Shown here one piece after another: positions 9,021 to 20,255 of a stretch of 34,439 nt of DNA (positions are counted from its first letter, which is position 1; the number at the start of each line of letters is the position of its first letter). The translations under genes were made by a program, and so were the position numbers. The DNA is from Euglena gracilis (lineage: Eukaryota), in assembly GCA_039621445.1 (NCBI GenBank), contig CP154954.1, forward strand, positions 27,640,123-27,674,561. The letters are read 5' to 3'. The notes below the pieces were generated by a model, which made no database searches, was not told where the DNA came from, and was given only the letters and a program-made list of their open reading frames with translations.

Positions 9021-12000
9021 GCCTTGGCCAGGGACACTTTGGTCAAAGTGGCCTTGGCCAGGGACACTTTGGTCAAAGTGGCCTTGGCCAGGGACACTTT
9101 GGTCAAAGCGGCCTTGGCCAGGGACACTTTGGTCAAAGTGGCCTTGTCCAGGGACACTTTGGTCAAGTTTGCCTTGGCCAGGGACACTTTGGTCAAAGTG
9201 GCCTTGGCCAGGGACACTTTGGTCAAAGTTGCCTTGGCCAGGGACACTATGGTCAAAGTGGCCTTGGCCAGGGACACCTTGGTCAAAGTGGCCTTGGCCA
9301 GGGACACTTTGGTCAAAGTGGCCTTGGCCAGGGACAGTTTGGTCAAAGTGGCCTTGGCCAGGGACACTTTGGTCAAAGTGGCCTTGGCCAGGGACACTTT
9401 GGTCTAAGTGGCCTTGGCCAGGGACACTTTGGACAAAGTGGCCTTGGCCAGGGACACCTTGGTCAAAGTGGCCTTGGCCAGGGACACTTTGGTCAAAGTG
9501 GCCTTGTCCAGGGACACTTCGGTCAAATTTGCCTTGGCCAGGGACACTTTGGTCAAGGTGGCCTTGGCCTGGGACACTTTGGTCACAGTGGCCTTGACCA
9601 GGGACACTTTGGTCAAAGTGGCCTTGGCCAGGGACACTTTGGTCAAAGTGGCCTTGGCCAGGGACAGTTTGGTCAAAGTGGCCTTGGCCAGGGACACTTT
9701 GGTCAAAGTGGCCTTGGCCAGGGACACTTTTATCAAAGTGGCCTTCGCCAGGGACACTTTGGTCCAAGTGGACTTGGCCAGGGACACTTTGGTCAAACTT
9801 GCCTTCGCCAGGGACACTTTGGTCAAAGTGGCCTTGGCCAGGGACACTTTGGTCAAAGTGGCCTTGGCCAGGGACACTTTGGTCAAAGTGGCCTTGGCCA
9901 GGGACACTTTGGTCAAAGTGGCCTTGGCCAGGGACACTTTGGTCAAAGTGGCCTTGGCCAGGGACAGTTTGGTCAAAGTGGCCTTGGCCAGGGACACTTT
10001 GGTCAAAGTGGCCTTGGCCAGGGACATTTTGGTCAAAGTGGCCTTGGCCAGTGACACCTTGGTCAAAGTGGCCTTGGCCAGGGACACTTTGGTCAAAGTG
10101 GCCTTGGCCAGGGACACTTTGGTCAAAGTGGCCTTGGCCAGGGACACTTTGGTCAAAGTGGCCTTGGCCAGGGACACTTTGGTCAAAGTGGCCTTGGCCA
10201 GGGACACTTTGGTCAAAGCGGCCTTGGCCAGGGACACTTTGGTCAAAGTGGCCTTGGCCAGGGACACTTTGGTCAAAGTGGCATTGGCCAGGGACACTTT
10301 GGTCAAAGTGGCCTTGGCCAGGGACACTTTGGTCAAAGTGGCCTTGGCCAGGGACACTTTGGTCAAAGTGGCCTTGGCCAGGGACACTTTGGTCAAAGTG
10401 GCCTTGGCCAGGGACACTTTGGTCAAAGTGGCCTTGGCCAGGGACACTTGGTCAAAGTGGCCTTGGCCAGGGACACTTTGGTCAAAGTGGCCTTGGCCAG
10501 GGACACTTTGGTCAAAGTGGCCTTGGCCAGGGACACTTTGGTCAAAGTGGCCTTGGCCAGGGACACTTTGGTCAAAGTGGCCTTGGCCAGGGACACTTTG
10601 GTCAAAGTGGCCTTGGCCAGGGACATATGGTCAAAGTGGCCTTGGCCAGGGACACTTTGGTCAAAGTGGCCTTGGCCAGGGACACTTTGGTCAAAGTGGC
10701 CTTTGCCAGGGACACTTTGGTCAAAGTGGACTTGGCCAGGGACACTTTGGTCAAACTTGCCTTCGCCAGGGACACTTTGGTCAAAGTTGCCTTGGCCAGG
10801 GACACTTTGGTTAAAGTGGCCTTGACCAGGGACACTTTGGTCAAAGTGGCCTTGGCCAGGGGCACTGTGGTCAAAGTGGCCTTGGCCAGGGACACTTTGG
10901 TCAAAGTGGCCTTGGCCAGGGACATTTTGGTCAAAGTGGCCTTGGCCAGGGACACTTTGGTCAAAGTGGCCTTGGCCAGGGACACTTTGGTCAAAGTGGC
11001 CTTGGCCAGGGACACTTTGGTCAAAGTGGCCTTGGCCAGGGACACTTTGGTCAAAGTGGCCTTGGCCAGGGACACTTTGGTCAAAGTGGCCTTGGCCAGG
11101 GACACTTTGGTCAAAGTGGCCTTGGCCAGGGACACTTTGGTCAAAGTGGCCTTGGCCAGGGACACTTTGGTCAAAGTGGCCTTAGCCAGGGACACTTTGG
11201 TCAAAGTGGCCTTGGCCAGGGACACTTTGGTCAAAGTGGCCTTGGCCAGGGACACTTTGGTCAAAGTGGCCTTGGCCAGGGACACTTTGGTCAAAGTGGC
11301 CTTGGCCAGGGACACTTTGGTCAAAGTGGCCTTGGCCAGGGACATTTTGGTCAAAGTGGCCTTGGCCAGGGACACTTTGGTCAAAGTGGCCTTGGCCAGG
11401 GACACTTTGGTCAAAGTGGCCTTGGCCAGGGACACTTTGGTCAAAGTGGCCTTGGCCAGGGACCTTTGGTCAAAGTGGCCTTGGCCAGGGACACTTTGGT
11501 CAAAGTGGCCTTGGCCAGGGACACTTTGGTCAAAGTGGCCTTGGCCAGGGACACTTTGGTCAAAGTGGCCTTGGCCAGGGACACTTTGGTCAAAGTGGCC
11601 TTGGCCAGGGACACTTGGTCAAAGTGGCCTTGGCCAGGGACACTTTGGTCAAAGTGGCCTTGGCCAGGGACACTTTGGTCAAAGTGGCCTTGGCCAGGGA
11701 CACTTTGGTCAAAGTGGCCTTGGCCAGGGACACATGGTCAAAGTCGCCTTGGCCAGGGACACTTTGGTCAAAGTGGCCTTGGCCAGGGACACTTTGGTCA
11801 AAGTGGCCTTGGCCAGGGACACTTTGGTCAAAGTGGCCTTGGCCAGGGACACTTTGGTCAAAGTGGCCTTGGCCAGGGACACTTTGGTCAAAGTGGCCTT
11901 GGCCAGGGACACTTTGGTCAAAGTGGCCTTGGCCAGGGACACTTTGGTCAAAGTGGCCTTGGCCAGGGACACTTTGGTCAAAGTGGCCTTGGCCAGGGAC

Positions 12001-15000
12001 ACTTTGGTCAAAGTGGCCTTGGCCAGGGACACTTTGGTCAAAGTGGCCTTGGCCAGGGACACTTTGGTCAAAGTGGCCTTGGCCAGGGACACTTTGGTCA
12101 AAGTGGCCTTGGCCAGGGACACTTTGGTCAAAGTGGCCTTGGCCAGGGACACTTTGGTCAAAGTGGCCTTGGCCAGGGACACTTTGGTCAAAGTGGCCTT
12201 GGCCAGGGACACTTTGGTCAAAGTGGCCTTGGCCAGGGACACTTTGGGCAAAGTGGCCTTGGCCAGGGACACTTTGGTCAAAGTGGCCTTGGCCAGGGAC
12301 ACTTTGGTCAAAGTGGCCTTGGCCAGGGACACTTTGGTCAAAGTGGCCTTGGCCAGGGACACTTTGGTCAAAGTGGCCTTGGCCAGGGACACTTTGGTCA
12401 AAGTGGCCTTGGCCAGGGACACTTTGGTCAAAGTGGCCTTGGCCAGGGACACTTTGGTCAAAGTGGCCTTGGCCAGGGACACTTTGGTCAAAGTGGCCTT
12501 GGCCAGGGACACTTTGGTCAAAGTGGCCTTGGCCAGGGACACTTTGGTCAAAGTGGCCTTGACCAGGGACACTTGGAAAAAGTGGCCTTGGCCAGGGACA
12601 CTTTGGTCAAAGTTGCCTTGGCCAGGGACACTTTGGTCAAAGTGGCCTTGGCCAGGGACACTTTGGTCAAAGTGGCCTTGGCCAGGGACACTTTGGTCAA
12701 AGTGGCCTTGGCCAGGGACACTTTGGTCAAAGTGGCCTTGGCCAGGGACACTTTGGTCAAAGTGGCCTTGGCCAGGGACACTTTGGTCAAAGTGGCCTTG
12801 GCCAGGGACACTTTGGTCAAAGTGGCCTTGGCCAGGGACACTTTGGTCAAAGTGGCCTTGGCCAGGGACACTTTGGTCAAAGTGGCCTTGGCCAGGGACA
12901 CTTTGGTCAAAGTGGCCTTGACCAGGGACACTTGGAAAAAGTGGCCTTGGCCAGGGACACTTTGGTCAAAGTGGCCTTGGCCAGGGACACTTTGGTCAAA
13001 GTGGCCTTGGCCAGGGACACTTTGGTCAAAGTGGCCTTGGCCAGGGACACTGTGGTCAAAGTGGCCTTGGCCAGGGACACTTTGGTCAAAGTGGCCTTGG
13101 CCAGGGACCCTTTGCCCAAAGTGCCTTTGCCAAGGAACCTATGGTCAAAGTGGCCTTGGCCAGGGACACTTTGGTCAAGGCGGCCTTGGCCAGGGACACT
13201 TTGGTCAAAGTGGCCTTGGCCAGGGACACTTTGGTCAAAGTGGCCTTGGCCAGGGACACTTTGGTCAAAGTGGCCTTGGCCAGGGACACTTTGGTCAAAG
13301 CGGCCTTGGCCAGGGATCCTTTGGTCAAAGTGGCCTTGGCCAGGGACAATTTGGTCAAAGTGGCATTGGCCAGGGATACTTTGGTCAAAGTGCGCTTGGC
13401 CAGGGACACTTTGGTCAAAGTGGCCTTGGCCAGGGACACTTTGGTCTAAGTGGCCTTTGCCAGGGACACTTTGGTCAAAGTGGCCTTGGCCAGGGACAGT
13501 TTGGTCAAAGTGGCCTTGGCCAGGGACACTTTGGTCAAAGTGGCCTTGGCCAGGGACACTTTGGTCAAAGTGGCCTTGGCCAGGGACACTTTGGTCAAAG
13601 TGGCCTTGGCCAGGGACACTTTGGTCAAAGTGGCCTTGGCCAGGGACACTTTGGTCAAAGTGGCCTTGGCCAGGGACACTTTGGTCAAAGTGGCCTTGGC
13701 CAGGGACATTTTGGTCAAAGTGGCCTTGGCCAGTGACACCTTGGTCAAAGTGGCCTTGGCCAGGGAAACTTTGGTCAAGGCGGCCTTGTCCAGGGACATT
13801 TTGGTCAAATTTGTCTTGGCCAGGGACACTTTGGTCAAAGTGGCCTTGGCCAGGGACACTTTGGTCAAAGTGGCCTTGGCCAGGGACACTTTGGTCAAAG
13901 TGGCCTTGGCCAGGGACACTTTGGTCAAAGTGGCCTTGGCCAGGGACACTTTGGTCAAAGTGGCCTTGGCCAGGGACACTTTGGTCAAAGTGGCCTTGGC
14001 CAGGGACACTTTGGTCAAAGTGGCCTTGGCCAGGGACACTTTGGTCAAAGTGGCCTTGGCCAGGGACACTTTGGTCAAAGTGGCCTTGGCCAGGGACACT
14101 TTGGTCAAAGTGGCCTTGGCCAGGGACACTTTGGTCAAAGTGGCCTTGGCCAGGGACACTTTGGTCAAAGTGGCCTTGGCCAGGGACACTTTGGTCAAAG
14201 TGGCCTTGGCCAGGGACACTTTGGTCAAAGTGGCCTTGGCCAGGGACACTTTGGTCAAAGTGGCCTTGGCCAGGGACACTTTGGTCAAAGTGGCCTTGGC
14301 CAGGGACACTTTGGTCAAAGTGGCCTTGGCCAGGGACACTTTGGTCAAAGTGGCCTTGGCCAGGGACACTTTGGTCAAAGTGGCCTTGGCCAGGGACACT
14401 TTGGTCAAATTGGCCTTGGCCAGGGACACTTTGGTCAAAGTGGCCTTGGCCAGGGACACTTTGGTCAAAGTGGCCTTGGCCAGGGACACTTTGGTCAAAG
14501 TGGCCTTGGCCAGGGACACTTTGGTCAAAGTGGCCTTGGCCAGGGACACTTTGGTCAAAGTGGCCTTGGCCAGGGACACTTTGGTCAAAGTGGCCTTGAC
14601 CAGGGACATTTGGAAAAAGTGGCCTTGGCCAGGGACACTTTGGGCAAAGTGGCCTTGGCCAGGGACACTTTGGTTAAAGTGGCATTGGCCAGGGACACTT
14701 TGGTCAAAGTGGCCTTGGCCAGGGACACTTTGGTCAAAGTGGTCCTGGCCAGGGACACTTTGGTCAAAGTGGCCTTGGCCAGGGACACTTTGGTCAAAGT
14801 GGCCTTGGCCAGGGACACTTTGGTCAAAGTGGCCTTGGCCAGGGACACTTTGGTCAAAGTGGCCTTGGCCAGGGACACTTTGGTCAAAGTGGTCCTGGCC
14901 AGGGACACTTTGGTCAAAGTGGCCTTGGCCAGGGACACTTTGGTCAAAGTTACCTTGGCCAGGGACAGTTTGGTCAAAGTGGCCTTGACCAGGGACACTT

Positions 15001-15354
15001 GGAAAAAGTGGCCTTGGCCAGGGACACTTTGGTCAAAGTGGCCTTGGCCAGGGACACTTTGGTCAAAGTGGCCTTGGCCAGGGACACTTTGGTCAAAGTG
15101 GTCCTGGCCAGGGACACTTTGGTCAAAGTGGCCTTGGCCAGGGACACTTTGGTCAAAGTGGCCTTGGCCAGGGACACTTTGGTCAAAGTGGCCTTGGCCA
15201 GGGACACTTTGGTCAAAGTGGCCTTGGCCAGGGACACTTTGGTCAAAGTGGCCTTGGCCAGGGACACTTTGGTCAAAGTGGCCTTGGCCAGGGACACTTT
15301 GGTCAAAGTGGCCTTGGCCAGGGACACTTTGGTCAAAGTGGCCTTGACCAGGGA

Positions 15355-17480
15355 CACTTGGAAAAAGTGGCCTTGGCCAGGGACACTTTGGGCAAAGTGG
15401 CCTTGGCCAGGGACACTTTGGTTAAAGTGGCCTTGGCCAGGGACACTTTGGTCAAAGTGGCCTTAGCCAGAGACACCTTGGTCAAAGTGGCCTTGGCCAG
15501 GGACACTTTGGTCAAATTTGCCTTGGCCAGGGACATTTTGGTCAAAGTGGCCTTGGCCAGGGACAGTTTGGTTAAAGTGGCCTTGCCCAGGGACACTTTG
15601 GTCAAAGTGGCCTTGGCCAGGGACACTTTGGTCAAAGTGGCCTTGGCCAGGGACACTTTGGTCAAAGTGGCCTTGGCCAGGGACACTTTGGTCAAAGTGG
15701 CCTTGGCCAGGGACACTTTGGTCAAAGTGGCCTTGGCCAGGGACACTTTGGTCAAAGTGGCCTTGGCCAGGGACACTTTGGTCAAAGTGGCCTTGGCCAG
15801 GGACACTTTGGTCAAAGTGGCCTTGGCCAGGGACACTTTGGTCAAAGTGGCCTTGGCCAGGGACACTTTGGTCAAAGTGGCCTTGGCCAGGGACACTTTG
15901 GTCAAAGTGGCCTTGGCCAGGGACACTTTGGTCAAAGTGGCCTTGGCCAGGGACACTTTGGTCAAAGTGGCCTTGGCCAGGGACACTTTGGTCAAAGTGG
16001 CCTTGGCCAGGGACACTTTGGTCAAAGTGGCCTTGGCCAGGGACACTTTGGTCAAAGTGGCCTTGGCCAGGGACACTTTGGTCAAAGTGGCCTTGGCCAG
16101 GGACACTTTGGTCAAAGTGGCCTTGGCCAGGGACACTTTGGTCAAAGTGGCCTTGGCCAGGGACACTTTGGTCAAAGTGGCCTTGGCCAGGGACACTTTG
16201 GTCAAAGTGGCCTTGGCCAGGGACACTTTGGTCAACGTGGCCTTGGCCAGGGACACTTTGGTCAAAGTGGCCTTGGCCAGGGACACTTTGCTCAAAGTGG
16301 CCTTGGCCAGGGACATATGGTCAAAGTGGCCTTGGCCAGGGACACTTTGGTCAAAGTGGCCTTGGCCAGGGACACTTTGGTCAAAGTGGCCTTGGCCAGG
16401 GACACTTTGGTCAAAGTGGCCTTGGCCAGGGACACTTTGGTCAAAGTGGCCTTGGCCAGGGACACTTTGGTCAAAGTGGCCTTGGCCAGGGACACTTTGG
16501 TCAAAGTGGCCTTGGCCAGGGACACTTTGGTCAAAGTGGCCTTGGCCAGGGACACTTTGGTCAAAGTGGCCTTGGCCAGGGACACTTTGGTCAAAGTGGC
16601 CTTGGCCAGGGACACTTTGGTCAAAGTGGCCTTGGCCAGGGACACTTTGGTCAAAGTGGCCTTGGCCAGGGACATATGGTCAAAGTGGCCTTGGCCAGGG
16701 ACACTTTGGTCAAAGTGGCCTTGGCCAGGGACAGTTTGGTCAAAGTGGCCTTGGCCAGGGACACTTTGGTCAAAGTGGCCTTGACCAGGGACATTTGGAA
16801 AAAGTGGCCTTGGCCAGGGACACTTTGGGCAAAGTGGCCTTGGCCAGGGACACTTTGGTTAAAGTGGCCTTGGCCAGGGACACTTTGGTCAAAGTGGCCT
16901 TGGCCAGGGACACTTTGGTCAAAGTGGCCTTGGCCAGGGACACTTTGGTCAAAGTGGCCTTGGCCAGGGACACTTTGGTCAAAGTGGCCTTGGCCAGGGA
17001 CACTTTGGTCAAAGTGGCCTTGGCCAGGGACACTTTGGTCAAAGTGGCCTTGGCCAGGGACACTTTGGTCAAAGTGGTCCTGGCCAGGGACACTTTGGTC
17101 AAAGTGGCCTTGGCCAGGGACACTTTGGTCAAAGTGGCCTTGGCCAGGGACAGTTTGGTCAAAGTGGCCTTGGCCAGGGACACTTTGGTCAAAGTGGCCT
17201 TGGCCAGGGACACTTTGGTCAAAGTGGCCTTGACCAGGGACACTTGGAAAAAGTGGCCTTGGCCAGGGACACTTTGGGCAAAGTGGCCTTGGCCAGGGAC
17301 ACTTTGGTTAAAGTGGCCTTGGCCAGGGACACTTTGGTCAAAGTGGCCTTAGCCAGAGACACCTTGGTCAAAGTGGCCTTGGCCAGGGACACTTTGGTCA
17401 AATTTGCCTTGGCCAGGGACATTTTGGTCAAAGTGGCCTTGGCCAGGACAGTTTGGTTAAAGTGGCCTTGCCCAGGGACA
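15355..17480 (+). repeat. Dispersed duplication of a variant cassette, offset ~1886 bp: ~15355-15600 matches ~17241-17480
   Basis: Same order in both copies: CACTTGGAAAAAG, GGGCAAAG, GGTTAAAG, TTAGCCAGAGACACC, AAATTTGCC, CATTTT, CAGTTTGGTTA...TTGCCC. Confidence 0.88.
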
Positions 17481-17838
17481 CTTTGGTCAAAGTGGCCTTG
17501 GCCAGGGACACTTTGGTCAAAGTGGCCTTGGCCAGGGACACTTTGGTCAAAGTGGCCTTGGCCAGGGACACTTTGGTCAAAGTGGCCTTGGCCAGGGACA
17601 CTTTGGTCAAAGTGGCCTTGGCCAGGGACACTTTGGTCAAAGTGGCCTTGGCCAGGGACACTTTGGTCAAAGTGGCCTTGGCCAGGGACACTTTGGTCAA
17701 AGTGGCCTTGGCCAGGGACACTTTGGTCAAAGTGGCCTTGGCCAGGGACACTTTGGTCAAAGTGGCCTTCGCCAGGGACACTTTGGTCTAAGTGGCCTTG
17801 GAAAGGGACAGTTTGGTCAAAGTGGCCTTGGCCAGGGA

Positions 17839-20255
17839 CACTTTTTTCAAAGTGGCCTTGGCCAGGGACACTTTGGTCAAAGTGGCCTTGGCCAGGGACA
17901 CTTTGGTCAAAGTGGCCTTGGCCAGGGACACTTTGGTCAAAGTGGCCTTGGCCAGGGACACTTTGGTCAAAGTGGCCTTGGCCAGGGACACTTTGGTCAA
18001 AGTGGCCTTGGCCAGGGACAATTTGGTCAAAGTGGCCTTGGCCAGGGACAATTTGGTCAAAGTGGCGCCTTCGACAGGGACACTTTCGTCAAAGTGGCCT
18101 TGGCCAGGGACACTTTGGTCAAAGTGGCCCTGGCAGGGACACTTGGGTCAAAGTGGCCTTGGCCAGGGACACTTTCGTTAAAGTGGCCTTGGCCAGGGAC
18201 ACTTTGGTCAAAGTGGCCTTGGCCAGGGCCACTTTGGTCAAAGTGGCCTTGGCCAGGGACACTTTGGTCAAAGTGGCCTTGGCCAGGGACACCTTGGTCA
18301 AAGTGGCCTTGGCCAGGGACACTTTGGTCAAAGTGGCCTTGGCCAGGGACACTTTGGTCAAATTTGCCTTGGCCAGGGACATTTTGGTCAAAGTGGCCTT
18401 GGCCAGGGACACTTTGGTCAAAGTGGCCTTGGCCAGGGACACTTTGGTCAAAGTGGCCTTGGCCAGGGACACTTTGGTCAAAGTGGCCTTGGCCAGGGAC
18501 ACTTTGGTCAAAGTGGCCTTGGCCAGGGACACTTTGGTCAAAGTGGCCTTGGCCAGGGACACTTTGGTCAAAGTGGCCTTGGCCAGGGACACTTTGGTCA
18601 AAGTGGCCTTGGCCAGGGACACTTTGGTCAAAGTGGCCTTGGCCAGGGACACTTTGGTCAAAGTGGCCTTGGCCAGGGACACTTTGGTCAAAGTGGCCTT
18701 GGCCAGGGACAGTTTGGTCAAAGTGGCCTTGGCCAGGGACACTTTGGTCAAAGTGGCCTTGGCCAGGGACACTTTGGTCAAAGTGGCCTTGGCCAGGGAC
18801 ACTTTGGTCAAAGTGGCCTTGGCCAGGGACACTTTGGTCAAAGTGGCCTTGGCCAGGGACACTTTGGTCAAAGCGGCCTTGGCCAGGGACACTTTGGTCA
18901 AAGTGGCCTTGGCCAGGGACACTTTGGTCAAAGTGGCCTTGGCCAGGGACACTTTGGTCAAAGTGGCCTTGGCCAGGGACACTCACTTTGGTCACGGTGG
19001 CCTTGGCCGGGGACAATTTGGTCAAAGTGGCCTTGGCCAGGGACACTTGGTCAAAGTGGCCTTGGCCAGGGACACTTTGGTCAAAGTGGCCTTGGCCAGG
19101 GACACTTTGGTCAAAGTGGCCTTGGCCAGGGACACTTTGGTCAAAGTGGCCTGGCCAGGGACACTTTGGTCAAAGTGGCCTTGGCCAGGGACACTTTGGT
19201 CAAAGTGGCCTTGGCCAGGGACACTTTGGTCAAAGTGGCCTTGGCCAGGGACACTTTGGTCAAAGTGGCCTTGGCCAGGGACACTTTGGTCAAAGTGGCC
19301 TTGGCCAGGGACACTTTGGTCAAAGTGGCCTTGGCCAGGGACACTTTGGTCAAAGTGGCCTTGGCCAGGGACACTTTGGTCAAAGTGGCCTTGGCCAGGG
19401 ACACTTGGAAAAAGTGGCCTTGGCCAGGGACACTTTGGTCAAAGTGGCCTTGGCCAGGGACACTTTGGTCAAAGTGGCCTTGGCCAGGGACACTTTGGTT
19501 AAAGTGGCCTTGCCCAAGGACACCTGTGTCAAAGTGGCCTTGGCCAGGTCACACTTTGGTCAAAGTGGCCTTGCCTAGGGACACTTCGGTCAAAGTGGCC
19601 TTTGCAGGGACACTTGGTCAAAGTGGCCTTGGCCAGGGACACTTTGGTCAAAGTGGCCTTGGCCAGGGACACTTTGGTCAAAGTGGCCTTGGCCAGGGAT
19701 CCTTTGGTCAAAGTGGCCTTGGCCAGGGACACTTTGGTCAAAGTGGCCTTGGCCAGGGACACTTTGGTCAAAGTGGCCTTGGCCAGGGACACTTTGGTCA
19801 AAGTGGCCTTGGCCAGGGACACTTTGGTCAAAGTGGCCTTGGCCAGGGACACTTTGGTCAAAGTGGCCTTGGCCAGGGACACTTTGGTCAAAGTGGCCTT
19901 GGCCAGGGACACTTTGGTCAAAGTGGCCTTGGCCAGGGACACTTTTTTCAAAGTGGCCTTGGCCAGGGACACTTTGGTCAAAGTGGCCTTGGCCAGGGAC
20001 ACTTTGGTCAAAGTGGCCTTGGCCAGGGACACTTTGGTCAAAGTGGCCTTGGCCAGGGACACTTTGGTCAAAGTGGCCTTGGCCAGGGACACTTTGGTCA
20101 AAGTGGCCTTGGCCAGGGACAATTTTGTCAAAATGGCCTTCGCCAGGGACAATTTGGTCAAAGTGGCGCCTTCGACAGGGACACTTTCGTCAAAGTGGCC
20201 TTGGCCAGGGACACTTTGGTCAAAGTGGCCCTGGCAGGGACACTTGGGTCAAAGT
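17839..20255 (+). repeat. Dispersed duplication, offset ~2101 bp: ~17839-18155 matches ~19940-20255
   Basis: CACTTTTTTCAAAG, two CAATTT monomers, GGCGCCTTCGACAGG (18064/20165), CACTTTCGTC, CCCTGGCAGGG and CACTTGGGTC recur in the same order. Confidence 0.88.
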
